Below, one piece after another: positions 26,873-36,900 of a stretch of 64,000 nt of DNA. The DNA lies in assembly GCA_051652765.1 (NCBI GenBank), contig JBOFUV010000133.1, forward strand, positions 1-64,000, given 5' to 3'. This DNA comes from Microcoleaceae cyanobacterium. GTDB taxonomy: Bacteria > Cyanobacteriota > Cyanobacteriia > Cyanobacteriales > Microcoleaceae. The notes beneath the pieces are model-generated. The model was given only the letters and a program-made list of their open reading frames with translations, made no database searches and was not told the origin of the DNA. The position numbers were made by a program, and so were the translations under genes. The stretch's first letter is position 1. Each line of letters opens with the position of its first letter.

Positions 26873-28144
26873 CTATGAAGGGGAAGATGAATAAATTCTC
26901 CCTTTCCATAATCCTCCTTTTCCTTGCCAATGACGAATAGCAGAATCAAGGGTCATGAGCAGATAGAGTAAGGCAATTAATGGCAAACAAACTGCTAAAA
27001 ACGGAGAGCATTGGTAAAGTTTTAGGGTAGGCAAATAGGCAACTATCATTAACCCCAAAGTTACTGTAGAGATGAAAAGTATAATCGTATTTCCAGTCGC
27101 AACTCCCAAGATCAACCCAAGTACGGGCATTAGATAAATGACTGCCATTCCTAGAACTGTTCCTAACAACAAGATAGGAGAATAATTTAACTGAGTAAAA
27201 GCTGTTCTAGCAACCATATCCCAAATACTTTCTAGGGAAGGATAGGCTCTCAAGCTGTGAGTTGACTGAGTCAAGCCCAGCCAAATTCCTGAAGGATTCG
27301 GACGAGATTTAACAGCTTGAGCTAGGGTACAATCATCAATTAAAGCTTGCTTAACTGAGGCAATTCCCCCAATTTCTTCCAACGCTTGATGACGAATTAG
27401 AATACATCCTCCAGCCGCAGCCGCAGTTTTTTGTTGAAGATCATTCACCCAAGGAAACGGATAAAGTTTTTGGAAGAAAAAGACAAAGGCGGGGATGAGA
27501 AGCTTTTCCCAGATACTTTTACATCTGAGCAGCACCATTAAAGAAACTAAGTCTAAGTTATCACGCTCAGCTTTAGTCACCAGTTGGGAAATGTTGTCTA
27601 AATCATGTTCAATATCAGCATCAGTTAATAGCAAATAATCTGGCTGCTGAGGGGATTGTTTGATAAACTCAATCCCTTGATGAATTGCCCAGAGCTTGCC
27701 AGACCATCCCGGTTGCAAGGGCTTTGCTGAGATGACGGTGAGTTGATGAGGAGTCTGAACCGATTGAGCCAAGTTTTGGGCAATTTCACTGGTTTGATCG
27801 GTGCTGTTGTCATCCACAAGAACTATTGAGAAATCACCTGGATAAGTTTGGCTAAGCAGCGATTTCAACGTAATCGGTAACAGTTCAGCTTCGTTGCGAG
27901 CCGGAATAACAGCACAGATTGAAGGATAGGCTTTCTGATTGAACTGAGCGTTATTTTGAATTGAGTCTTGAATCGATTTTTGAATCGATTTTTGAATTGA
28001 GTTTTGATCAAGATTAAATGGATCAGGATGAAATGAATTCAGTCCCAACTTCTGATCGCATCGCCAAAACTGCCCTCGAAAGAACATGAGGACAATCCAA
28101 ATTAATAATGAAAGAAAAGTGATCGCACCAAAAATTAAATCCAT
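26873..28144 (-). CDS. hpnB: GT2 glycosyltransferase, hopanoid-associated HpnB-like
   Basis: IPARNEA, VDDNSTD, GWSGKLWA, LTDADI, AAAAGGCIL, LIDDC, WKGR. Confidence 0.85.
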   Translation of the reverse strand: MDLIFGAITFLSLLIWIVLMFFRGQFWRCDQKLGLNSFHPDPFNLDQNSIQKSIQKSIQDSIQNNAQFNQKAYPSICAVIPARNEAELLPITLKSLLSQTYPGDFSIVLVDDNSTDQTSEIAQNLAQSVQTPHQLTVISAKPLQPGWSGKLWAIHQGIEFIKQSPQQPDYLLLTDADIEHDLDNISQLVTKAERDNLDLVSLMVLLRCKSIWEKLLIPAFVFFFQKLYPFPWVNDLQQKTAAAAGGCILIRHQALEEIGGIASVKQALIDDCTLAQAVKSRPNPSGIWLGLTQSTHSLRAYPSLESIWDMVARTAFTQLNYSPILLLGTVLGMAVIYLMPVLGLILGVATGNTIILFISTVTLGLMIVAYLPTLKLYQCSPFLAVCLPLIALLYLLMTLDSAIRHWQGKGGLWKGRIYSSSPS

Positions 28145-28299
28145 ATAGCAATCCTATTGAAATCGTGAACGTTAGGTCAGGCCCTTTACCTGAGCAGTCT
28201 AAAGCCCCAGCTACAAATTTTCATAATTCATTTAGGATTGCTACACAATAAACTTAAAACCTATAGCAACTTTTACAGTCCTAACTTCCGGGGATTGCT

Positions 28300-28324
28300 G
28301 TCCCCCTTCTTTGTCAAGGGGGAC
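28300..28324. repeat. Inverted repeat gtccccctt...aagggggac (possible terminator or dispersed-repeat remnant)
   Basis: 9-bp perfect stem with 7-nt loop just downstream of the COP23-like gene. Confidence 0.5.
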
Positions 28325-28364
28325 TACAGCAGGTCTTCTCCTGAATCGTGCCTACTTACGGACG

Positions 28365-29180
28365 TTACCGCAGATTTGATCCAGAACCTCCGTCGATTGG
28401 ATCTAGGAAAGGTTTTAAATTGATGCCGTTTGAACGGTTGGCGGGTCGCCCAAACAGTCCTCGCAGAATTCCGGTTGATTCATCATTCGTGAAGGTGTAA
28501 ACGCCTTGAGTGGAATTGCCACTATCGGCGACGACTAGGTTTTGGAAGATGCGATCGCGGACGGCTACTGGATTTTCTCCCTGAGGAACGGTTAAAACAA
28601 TGCGGCAGTTGGGCACGTCTTCGGTGGTTGCACAGATTGTGTTGTAGCCATTTTCCACGCTGGTACGCAATTCCACTAATCCGTCAGGTCGATAGGATTC
28701 CAAACGGCGGGCAATCTCGCCGCATCGACGTTCCGGTGTCCAACCTCCTCCCATCAGGCCAGGAACTGCCCAAGGGTAGCTTTCACTAGGTTGGCTGGGT
28801 GGATAGTACATTACTGTGGGTTGATTGTTGACCATCTCACAGATGAATCGAGCATCGCTGGTTGAATCATTGGTGGGATCAGCGGTTCCCTCTCTTTGAG
28901 GTGCAGGAAGAGTTTCAACTTCAGGTTGGGACGGTTCGGGGACGGGAATTTCCTCAATCTCCCAAACCTCTTCTGCTGGAGTCTGAGCTTGCTCATTGAT
29001 TTCTTGGCCATTGATTTCAAAGCCAGGAAACCACTGAGGCGAGCGTGCTCCGGAACTTTCAGGCATAAACTGGGCGTTGGCACTGCCCGCAGTGAGTAAA
29101 ATGGGAAGGCTGAGAGCAAAACTGAGAACGTTTAAAGGGGAGAAAGAATGATTGCCGATAGAGTTTAATGGAACTTGCAT
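28365..29180 (-). CDS. COP23-domain secreted protein
   Basis: Signal peptide (SANA-Q), RFIC, GGGWTPERRC, NGYNTICAT, C.IVLTV. Confidence 0.8.
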   Translation of the reverse strand: MQVPLNSIGNHSFSPLNVLSFALSLPILLTAGSANAQFMPESSGARSPQWFPGFEINGQEINEQAQTPAEEVWEIEEIPVPEPSQPEVETLPAPQREGTADPTNDSTSDARFICEMVNNQPTVMYYPPSQPSESYPWAVPGLMGGGWTPERRCGEIARRLESYRPDGLVELRTSVENGYNTICATTEDVPNCRIVLTVPQGENPVAVRDRIFQNLVVADSGNSTQGVYTFTNDESTGILRGLFGRPANRSNGINLKPFLDPIDGGSGSNLR

Positions 29181-29336
29181 GGAATTTTGCTCCTGATTCG
29201 GGTAAATTGAGTGTGGTCTCTGAAGTTATGAAGCTTTAGCTCATTTTTTTCACGAAACTTTACAGTCTGTGATTTGTTTCATAAAATACACAGTTGAGAC
29301 TAAACAGTTGAGAACTTGGATGGAGTGTGAGCGGTA

Positions 29337-30230
29337 ATGCCCGAGGTCGTAGCACCACTGACTGTTCCAAGGGAGTTGTTACTCCCAGCAGGGGGTCTGA
29401 ATGTGACCCTACTAATGTTCCTGGGGGCATTGGCACTGATTTTTCTTTCGACTGTGGGTTACTGGCGTTGGGATTGGCCAGGGTGGGGCTGTTTTTGTAT
29501 CAATGTTCTGGCACTGCATCTTTCGGGAACTGTGATTCATGATGCTTCTCATCATTCAGCCCATCGCAATCGCATCTTGAACGCAATCCTTGGCCATGGT
29601 AGTGCCCTGATGCTGGGATTTGCCTTCCCAGTGTTTACAAGGGTACATATGCAGCATCACGCTCATGTTAATGATCCAGACAATGATCCTGACCATTTTG
29701 TTTCCACAGGTGGCCCGCTTTGGTTGATTGCGGCTCGGTTCTTTTACCATGAAATCTTTTTCTTCAAACGACGACTGTGGCGAAAGTACGAGTTACTGGA
29801 ATGGGCTTTGAGCCGTTTGTTTGTGATTTTGATTGTTTGGATTGCGATTCAGTACGGCTTTATTGGGTACATTCTGAACTACTGGTTTTCTCCGGCTTTG
29901 GTGGTGGGTTTGGCCCTTGGATTGTTTTTTGATTACTTGCCCCATCGCCCCTTTCATGACCGCGATCGCTGGAAAAACGCTAGAGTTTATCCGAGTTCAG
30001 TGCTAAATCTGTTGATCCTTGGCCAGAATTACCATTTAATTCATCATTTGTGGCCTTCAATTCCCTGGTACAGCTACAAGCCTGCCTACGAGGTCATGAA
30101 GCCCTTACTCGATGAAAAGGGATCTCCTCAAACCTTGGGAATTTGGCAAGGTAAGGATTTTTGGGGATTTCTCTATGATGTTTTCTTAGGAATTCGTTTC
30201 CATCCTCGCAAGCAGTCCGATGAAGGTTAA
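29337..30230 (+). CDS. crtR: Beta-carotene hydroxylase (CrtR type)
   Basis: His boxes HDASH, HMQHH, HLIHH; NDPDNDPDH and YLPHRPF motifs. Confidence 0.93.
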   Translation: MPEVVAPLTVPRELLLPAGGLNVTLLMFLGALALIFLSTVGYWRWDWPGWGCFCINVLALHLSGTVIHDASHHSAHRNRILNAILGHGSALMLGFAFPVFTRVHMQHHAHVNDPDNDPDHFVSTGGPLWLIAARFFYHEIFFFKRRLWRKYELLEWALSRLFVILIVWIAIQYGFIGYILNYWFSPALVVGLALGLFFDYLPHRPFHDRDRWKNARVYPSSVLNLLILGQNYHLIHHLWPSIPWYSYKPAYEVMKPLLDEKGSPQTLGIWQGKDFWGFLYDVFLGIRFHPRKQSDEG

Positions 30231-30288
30231 AGTAGATTTAAGGGGAACCAATGGTGTGTCAAGTTTGATTCAAGTTTGATATGGGTTA

Positions 30289-30375
30289 TGTAGGGTAAGT
30301 CGAGCTTGTGAAACCCAACATGTTCAAAATGTTTAAAGGTATGTTGAAGTTTGCGCTGGTTCACCCTAAACTACA
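30289..30375. repeat. Degenerate inverted pair of REP-like repeats (family A)
   Basis: Left arm tgtagggtaag...acccaaca (30289-30320) and right arm tgttgaag...ccctaaactaca (30342-30375). Confidence 0.5.
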
Positions 30376-30432
30376 ACGTTTTTCTAGACAAGCCACTAAA
30401 CCCTGAAAGCGCTATTTTCGCTATTTTTAAGA

Positions 30433-31017
30433 ATGCCAGTGGAAAATCAACAGCAGAGCCCGAGTAAAGTCGATCAGATACAGAAATCCTTTTGGAAAAG
30501 TCAGCAAGAGAATTTCTTCATTCTGATTGCCGCATTGGGGCTCTCTCTGCTTATTCGGTTATTTATCGCTGAACCTCGCTATATTCCTTCAGACTCCATG
30601 GTTCCAACGCTAGAGATTGGCGATCGCCTCCTCGTTGAGAAAGTGTCTTACCACTGGCATTCACCCCAGCAGGGAGATGTCATTGTATTTGCTCCGCCTC
30701 AGCAACTTCAAGCCGCCGGATACAGCTCTGATCAAGCGTTTATCAAGCGGGTTATTGGTCAGCCTGGGCAACAGCTTGAAGTCAGAGAGGGCAGGGTTTA
30801 TCTGGATAATGAACCGTTAGTTGAATCCTACATTGCCGAGCCTCCCGACTATCAGTTAGGTTCGCTCCAGGTTCCGACGGATGAGTACTTTGTGATGGGA
30901 GACAATCGCAACGATAGTAATGACTCCCATGTTTGGGGGTTTCTTCCCAGTCAAAACATTATTGGTCGGGCTATATTTAGATTTTGGCCCCTAGAGCGGT
31001 TTGGGTTTGTGAAGTAG
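30433..31017 (+). CDS. lepB: Signal peptidase I
   Basis: IPSDSMVPTL, FIKRVIG, MGDNRNDSNDSH. Confidence 0.95.
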   Translation: MPVENQQQSPSKVDQIQKSFWKSQQENFFILIAALGLSLLIRLFIAEPRYIPSDSMVPTLEIGDRLLVEKVSYHWHSPQQGDVIVFAPPQQLQAAGYSSDQAFIKRVIGQPGQQLEVREGRVYLDNEPLVESYIAEPPDYQLGSLQVPTDEYFVMGDNRNDSNDSHVWGFLPSQNIIGRAIFRFWPLERFGFVK

Positions 31018-31183
31018 CTTGTCAGGTCACTGTACGGAAATTGCGACCCATCTGGGTGAGAAGTGCTACCTGAACAAACTGTTAGAATAAGGCAAAATTA
31101 GGAGTAACGTGCAACTTTAATTTGATTGTAGCGTTTTTAAAAACTGTAATGTCCTATTTGTAGTACTTTAAGAAAGGTTAGCT

Positions 31184-31507
31184 ATGGGATTCTTTGACTC
31201 AGAAATTGTTCAACACGAAGCCAAGCAATTGTTTGAGAACTATCAATCTTTGGTGCAGTTAGGAAGTGACTATGGCAAGTTTGATCGAGAGGGAAAAAAA
31301 CTTTACATCGACCAAATGGAATCTATGATGGAGCGCTACCGCATTTTTATGAAGCGGTTTGAGTTATCAGAAGACTTTATGGCTCAGATGACAATAGAGC
31401 AGCTTAAGACTCAGTTGGGTCAGTTTGGTATCACTCCTGAACAGATGTTTAGCCAAATGAATTCAACCCTAGAACGAATGAAGGCAGACCTAGAAAAACA
31501 ACTTTAA
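31184..31507 (+). CDS. DUF1825-family conserved cyanobacterial protein
   Basis: MGFFDSEIVQ, YGKFDREGK, KRFELSEDF. Confidence 0.85.
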   Translation: MGFFDSEIVQHEAKQLFENYQSLVQLGSDYGKFDREGKKLYIDQMESMMERYRIFMKRFELSEDFMAQMTIEQLKTQLGQFGITPEQMFSQMNSTLERMKADLEKQL

Positions 31508-31780
31508 ATACAGTTCTGAACACAGTTCTGAATACATCAAATATTGTGTGACGTTACGTCTAGCCACAACAGCCAGTATCTTACAATCCTGCCAGCAACT
31601 CCCACGACAGACCTCTTATTAGCTGTTACTGGTTTATCGGCTTTAGCTGTGCCGTTTTGCTGAGGTTCAGGAATGGCCAAAATCTTTGCTTTCCCATATC
31701 TTCGGCAGATTGATGCGAAGTTTGATTTGTTTTGTTTCTATGAATTCAACCAATTGATTTAACTTCATGGCACTAACTTC

Positions 31781-32608
31781 ATGACACTACTGAGAATTTC
31801 GCAGCAACAGCTTAATTTATTGGCGACTTGTCCGCGAAAATTTCAGCAGACTTATTTAGAGCAATTGACTTCTCCGCTCCCCCCTGAAGAGGAGGCGCGT
31901 TTAAATTGGGGTAGTCAGTTTCACCTATTAATCCAACAGCGAGAATTGGGCTTGCCCATTGATTTAATATTAGAAACCAACCCAGAGTTACAACAGTGTT
32001 TGAATCAATTTATTAAGGCCGCTCCAGAGATTTTTAATGCTGATTTTGAGTCTGAAACTCAGTGGCAAACCCAAATTTTTCGAGAACCTGAACATCAGCG
32101 ATCGCTCAAATTTCAAAATTACCTGCTAACAGTTATTTATGATTTATTAATTGCCGAAGTTGATCAAGCCAAGATTTTTGATTGGAAGACCTATCCTCGC
32201 CCTCGAACCCCTCAAGATCAAAAATATTTGGCGCAGAACTGGCAAACTCGTTTGTATCTTTACACACTAGTAGAAACCAGTGATTATTCTCCTGAACAGA
32301 TTTCTATGACGTACTGGTTTATTCCCCCAAAACCAAACTATTTTCCTGAATCTCTAAAGTTTTTCTACACCGTTCAACACCATCAGAAGACTCATGAAGA
32401 CTTAGTAGAACTACTCCAACGCCTAGAGCAATATCTTGCAGATTATGAACGCGGTCAAGCCTTCCCTCAAGTCAGTTTAACTCAAGGACTCTGTCAGTCT
32501 TGTCAGTTTGCATCTCGCTGTCAACGAACGAGTGAATCTGAGGACTTAACCCCTAGTTCTCTCAATTCCTTGCCCGATTTCGCTAGGATTAAAGAAGTTC
32601 CAATTTAG
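31781..32608 (+). CDS. PD-(D/E)XK nuclease (AddB/Cas4-like fold, probable Fe-S cluster)
   Basis: CPRKF, WGSQFH, YDLL, IFDWKT, Q.RLY, C-terminal CQSCQFASRC; upstream of recJ. Confidence 0.85.
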   Translation: MTLLRISQQQLNLLATCPRKFQQTYLEQLTSPLPPEEEARLNWGSQFHLLIQQRELGLPIDLILETNPELQQCLNQFIKAAPEIFNADFESETQWQTQIFREPEHQRSLKFQNYLLTVIYDLLIAEVDQAKIFDWKTYPRPRTPQDQKYLAQNWQTRLYLYTLVETSDYSPEQISMTYWFIPPKPNYFPESLKFFYTVQHHQKTHEDLVELLQRLEQYLADYERGQAFPQVSLTQGLCQSCQFASRCQRTSESEDLTPSSLNSLPDFARIKEVPI

Positions 32609-32635
32609 CAGGAAAGGAACTTTTTTTAGAAACCC

Positions 32636-35080
32636 ATGATGTGGCAAATTCAGCCTTCGATACAGCTTCCCAGTTGGATGCTGCCGACCCTTCATCAACA
32701 TGCACCTCACTTATCTGGAAAATATGCAGCGCAACTCCTGTTGGCCCGAGGCATTCAAACTCCTGAACAGGTAACAGCATTTCTCGATCCAGACGCATAC
32801 CAACCTGGGAGTCCTCAGGAATTTGGCTTGGAAATGACCTGGGCGGTTGAACGGTTGCAGCAAGCGCGCGATCGCCAGGAAACCGTCACAATTTGGGGAG
32901 ATTTCGATGCTGATGGCGTGACCTCAACTTCAGTATTGTGGGAAGGCTTGAGTCAATTTTTTCAGCCAAACCTTCAGCTAAACCCTCAGCTAAACTTTCA
33001 GCCAAACCTTCAACAGAATCTCACCCCAGAATCCACCCAGCTTTCTTATTACATTCCCAATCGCTTGACGGAATCCCACGGCTTAAATTTGGCGGGGATT
33101 CAAACCCTTGCAGCACAAGGCTGTACGCTAATCGTAACCTGTGATACAGGCAGCACGAACCTAGAAGAAATCAAAGCCGCCAATCATTTGGGAATTGATG
33201 TGATCGTAACCGATCATCATACGTTGCCCCAGGAACGTCCCCCCGTTGTCGCCATGATCAATCCCCGCACCTTTCCGCTTGAACACCCTCTACGTCATCT
33301 CTCTGGAGTTGCAGTGGCTTATAAACTGGTAGAAGCCCTGTACCAAGCCACTCCAGAGTTGCCTCAACACACCCTGGAGAATTTGTTGGACTTGGTCGCC
33401 ATCGGGTTAATTGCAGATTTAGTCCAGCTCACAGGGGATTGCCGCTATCTGGCACAACGGGGCCTGCAACGGCTACAGGCTCAACTCAATACCCCCACTC
33501 GCCCAGGAGTGGCAAAGTTGTTGGAACTCTGCAAACGGAGTGGCGATCGCCCCACGGATATTTCCTTTGGGATTGGCCCCCGAATTAATGCGGTGAGCCG
33601 AATCTATGGGGATGCGAAGTTCTGTGTGGAGCTGTTAACCAGTCGGGATCGTACCCGCTGCATGAAGCTAGCCCTCGATACAGAAATCGCCAACAGTCGC
33701 CGCAAGGCTCTACAAAAAGAAGTTGTGCGGGATGTGGAACGCAAACTGGAGCAGCTTGATCTATCCACCACGGGAGTGATTATTCTTACTGACTCCCAAT
33801 GGCCTACGGGAATTTTGGGTTTAGTGGCGAGTCAGGTTGCCCAGCAATATGGACGACCGACGATTTTGTTGAGCATTGAGGAAGGAACACAAGCAGTGAA
33901 GCTGGCTAGGGGCTCAGCTCGCTCTGTGGGAGGAATTGATCTCTATGAACTGGTCAGTAGTCAAGCCCATTTGCTCCATCGGTTTGGCGGACACCCATTT
34001 GCAGCAGGATTGAGTTTAAACGTTGAAAATTTACCCTTGTTTACTGATGGCATCAATCGTCAATTGCGGGCAACGTTTAATCATTCTGGAGCCTTGATCG
34101 AACCCCACATTACTGTTGATTTAGTCTGTACCGTTGCAGAATTGAGCAAGGAATTATTTCAAGAATTAAAACTGTTAGAACCTTGTGGCATGGGTAACCC
34201 TGCTCCCAAAATCTTAATTAATAATTGTTGGTTTACAGACTTACACAATGCCAATCAACAAGATATTCGCGGGGCCAAAGTGAGCTATATTAAGACTACA
34301 TTTAATCTCTGGGATGACTCAACGGCAATGGGATTTCCTGGGGTTTGGTGGGGGCACTACACGGATGAGATTCCGGCGGAACGGTGCGATATTTTAGTAG
34401 AACTTGACTTTAACTCGCTGAAAAAACGTTACGAAGTGCGCTTACTGGAGATTCGTTCTACGGTTTCAGCCCCCCCCGTGCAATTGCCGCAACGCTCTAT
34501 TGATCAGATTCTAGACTGGAGGCATTTAACCTCAACCCTTCCAACTGCTGCAAGCGAGTTTCAACAGTCTCAACCTTTGAGTCCACCTTTAATTTCACCC
34601 CTAGTTCTCAAAGATTGCCCCAATAGTTGGTCAGTGCTTCAGGCTTGGTTTTACAACGCCTTGACTCAACAGCGACCTTTGGCGATCGCCTACACCCTTC
34701 CTCTAGACTTTTCTGCCGTTGAGGTTTTAGAAAATCTTGTGGGGATTGCCAAGTATTTAAGTCGCACTCAGCAACTCGTGACCCGTCAACAATTGCTAGA
34801 GAAATTAACAATTGGAGAGAGCTCTCTTCAGCTTGGATTTGACTGTTTAAAAACCTGGGGTTTCAAAATCGAACCGATGGATCGGGCCTTTCAGATCACC
34901 CAAACTCCCTTAGAAGAAACCAAGGATCGACAATCTCAACTGATGCAGAAATTTCTCTCCGCCGTTCAAGAGGAACACTTCCGTCGCCGATATTTCTGTG
35001 AAGTTCCGATTGAAACCATTCAGGCGATCGCCGATCAAACGTCAGTTAGTCCTTTAGTCAGTCCTGTTGAGAGTGAGTAG
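32636..35080 (+). CDS. recJ: Single-stranded DNA exonuclease RecJ
   Basis: GDFDADG, TCDTG, TDHH, GLIADL, PRINA, RGSARS, GGHPFAAG, LEPCGMGNP. Confidence 0.93.
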   Translation: MMWQIQPSIQLPSWMLPTLHQHAPHLSGKYAAQLLLARGIQTPEQVTAFLDPDAYQPGSPQEFGLEMTWAVERLQQARDRQETVTIWGDFDADGVTSTSVLWEGLSQFFQPNLQLNPQLNFQPNLQQNLTPESTQLSYYIPNRLTESHGLNLAGIQTLAAQGCTLIVTCDTGSTNLEEIKAANHLGIDVIVTDHHTLPQERPPVVAMINPRTFPLEHPLRHLSGVAVAYKLVEALYQATPELPQHTLENLLDLVAIGLIADLVQLTGDCRYLAQRGLQRLQAQLNTPTRPGVAKLLELCKRSGDRPTDISFGIGPRINAVSRIYGDAKFCVELLTSRDRTRCMKLALDTEIANSRRKALQKEVVRDVERKLEQLDLSTTGVIILTDSQWPTGILGLVASQVAQQYGRPTILLSIEEGTQAVKLARGSARSVGGIDLYELVSSQAHLLHRFGGHPFAAGLSLNVENLPLFTDGINRQLRATFNHSGALIEPHITVDLVCTVAELSKELFQELKLLEPCGMGNPAPKILINNCWFTDLHNANQQDIRGAKVSYIKTTFNLWDDSTAMGFPGVWWGHYTDEIPAERCDILVELDFNSLKKRYEVRLLEIRSTVSAPPVQLPQRSIDQILDWRHLTSTLPTAASEFQQSQPLSPPLISPLVLKDCPNSWSVLQAWFYNALTQQRPLAIAYTLPLDFSAVEVLENLVGIAKYLSRTQQLVTRQQLLEKLTIGESSLQLGFDCLKTWGFKIEPMDRAFQITQTPLEETKDRQSQLMQKFLSAVQEEHFRRRYFCEVPIETIQAIADQTSVSPLVSPVESE

Positions 35081-35095
35081 GGTCGCAAGGCTGGG

Positions 35096-35674
35096 CTAAG
35101 CAGGCAGACTAGACTCGGAGTGGGTCGAGGTCTGAGATTGCTCAAGTTGTTCACTGGCCCAACGATGATAGTCTAAAACCAAGTGATAAACGAGCCGCTG
35201 TTTCACGCTCGCCAGAGTACTTTTCAGGAGATGGTTTCCTGTCGCTTCCAACAGAGATTTTGGGGTCAGCCAAAGGGCAGGGGGGAGTTCAACTTCAACT
35301 GTGAGGTCTGCCAACCCCTTTAGGTAAGTGACTCCATCAATCTGTTGCGGTGATAAACGCCCAAACAAATGCAGGGCAAATCGTTGGTTGATGTACTCCA
35401 CCCCCAGAATTTCACAGCCGACAGATTTGAGCCGAATCGTGCCATCAGACAGGGCCCAAACCTTCATATCGACAGTCGGTTGAATCATCAGCGATAGAAA
35501 AGAGAGAGGACGCATCTTCAGCCGAAAACAATCTTCACTAAGCTGTTCCAACCGTCGCGGATCAACTAAGGCGCTGATCAAACGATGGGGCTGACGCAAG
35601 TAGTGTTGGATGGGAATGTGTTCGTCAGGAACCCTCAGCTCAATCGATTGAAATCCGGTAAATTGCACCTGCAT
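35096..35674 (-). CDS. DUF1997-family protein
   Basis: YLRQPHRL, FRLKMRPL, IQPTV, INQRF, LLEATGN, DYHRW. Confidence 0.8.
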   Translation of the reverse strand: MQVQFTGFQSIELRVPDEHIPIQHYLRQPHRLISALVDPRRLEQLSEDCFRLKMRPLSFLSLMIQPTVDMKVWALSDGTIRLKSVGCEILGVEYINQRFALHLFGRLSPQQIDGVTYLKGLADLTVEVELPPALWLTPKSLLEATGNHLLKSTLASVKQRLVYHLVLDYHRWASEQLEQSQTSTHSESSLPA

Positions 35675-35890
35675 GGATTCGTGAAAACCTTAACTTTGTA
35701 AGTTTATTTTAACAAAAACTGTTTAACAAAAATTAATATTGCTGCCTCTGGCTTCATTTGGGGTTAAGCGCAATTCAGAGTTATGCTGAAGCCTAACCTG
35801 AGCCCAGTCGTTGTTCCATCATACTGAGTTGATGGATGAGAGTTGGATAAAGAAATATAACGCGCTGTAAAATACTTTTGGTGTCAAACG

Positions 35891-36736
35891 ATGACCCTCT
35901 CAATTGCCCATCTCGGCCCCACAGGAACCAATGCAGAAGCGGCAGCCCTCGTCTATGCCCAGTACCTTCAGCAAGATTCCCCTGTGGAGATTCAGTTATG
36001 CCCCTATCCCAGTATCGCCCAAACTCTATGGGCCGTGGCTCGCGGAGAAGTGGATGTGGCAGTTGTCCCGGTTGAAAATTCTATTGAAGGCAGCGTAACA
36101 ATTACCCTAGATACCCTTTGGCAAGTCGATACGCTGAGAATTCAAAAAGCCCTGGAACTCCCCATTTCCCATGCTTTTTTATCTTTGGCCCGGAACCTAG
36201 ATCAGATTAAACGGGTGTACTCCCACCCTCAAGCCCTAGCTCAATGTCAAAGATGGTTGGATCAGCAGTTGCCACAAGTGAAACGGATCGCAACAAACTC
36301 TACAACAGAAGCCTTGCAACATCTTGATCCAGAAGGAACGGCAGGGGCGATCGCCTCCCAACGAGCCGCACAACTTTATGAATTGCCGATTCTGGCCCAT
36401 CCCATTAGTGATTATCCAGAGAATTGCACCCGCTTTTGGGTGATGAGCCTGAAGGATTCACCGGGTGGGAGTCATACGTCTCTCGCGTTTAGTCTCCCTG
36501 CCAATGTTCCAGGAGTTTTAGTGAAACCGTTACAAGCGTTTGCCCAACGGGAAATCAACCTCAGTAGGATTGAGTCTCGCCCCACAAAACAATCCTTTGG
36601 TACTTATCTGTTCTTTATTGATATTGATGCTAATGCTCAAGAGGAATCTGTTCAAGGAGCCCTAACCGAGTTGCGAGCCTATACAGAAACCCTGAAAATT
36701 TTCGGCAGTTATACGATGCTGAACTGCAATGTCTAG
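35891..36736 (+). CDS. pheA: Prephenate dehydratase
   Basis: LGPTGT, PVENSIEG, SHPQALAQC, NCTRF, NLSRIESRP. Confidence 0.95.
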   Translation: MTLSIAHLGPTGTNAEAAALVYAQYLQQDSPVEIQLCPYPSIAQTLWAVARGEVDVAVVPVENSIEGSVTITLDTLWQVDTLRIQKALELPISHAFLSLARNLDQIKRVYSHPQALAQCQRWLDQQLPQVKRIATNSTTEALQHLDPEGTAGAIASQRAAQLYELPILAHPISDYPENCTRFWVMSLKDSPGGSHTSLAFSLPANVPGVLVKPLQAFAQREINLSRIESRPTKQSFGTYLFFIDIDANAQEESVQGALTELRAYTETLKIFGSYTMLNCNV

Positions 36737-36741
36737 GCAGG

Positions 36742-36770
36742 AGCAAGGTCACTCGCCCTTGCTATTTTTG
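36742..36770 (+). terminator. Probable intrinsic terminator of pheA
   Basis: agcaagg/ccttgct 7-bp stem followed by atttttg. Confidence 0.55.
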
Positions 36771-36814
36771 ATCGTATTTTTTAGATCGTCGTAGTATTCT
36801 AGTCGGTATAAGGT

Positions 36815-36885
36815 TTTCAACCCTAGGTGTTCAATCCTAAGTGTTCAACCCTAGGTGTTCAATCCTAAATCTTCAATCCTAAATC
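36815..36885. repeat. 14-nt tandem repeat (ttcaaccctaggtg-like, about 5 copies)
   Basis: ttcaaccctaggtg ttcaatcctaagtg ttcaaccctaggtg ttcaatcctaaatc ttcaatcctaaatc. Confidence 0.85.
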
Positions 36886-36900
36886 TCCTCAACGTCAATC

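Noticed and set aside
31781..32608. Cas4 / CRISPR-Cas locus
   Set aside because: No cas1/cas2 and no repeat-spacer array; the context is recJ.
36815..36885. Intergenic repeat runs (also 48563 and 52797) as mini CRISPR arrays
   Set aside because: Units are about 14 nt, head to tail, with no unique spacers.
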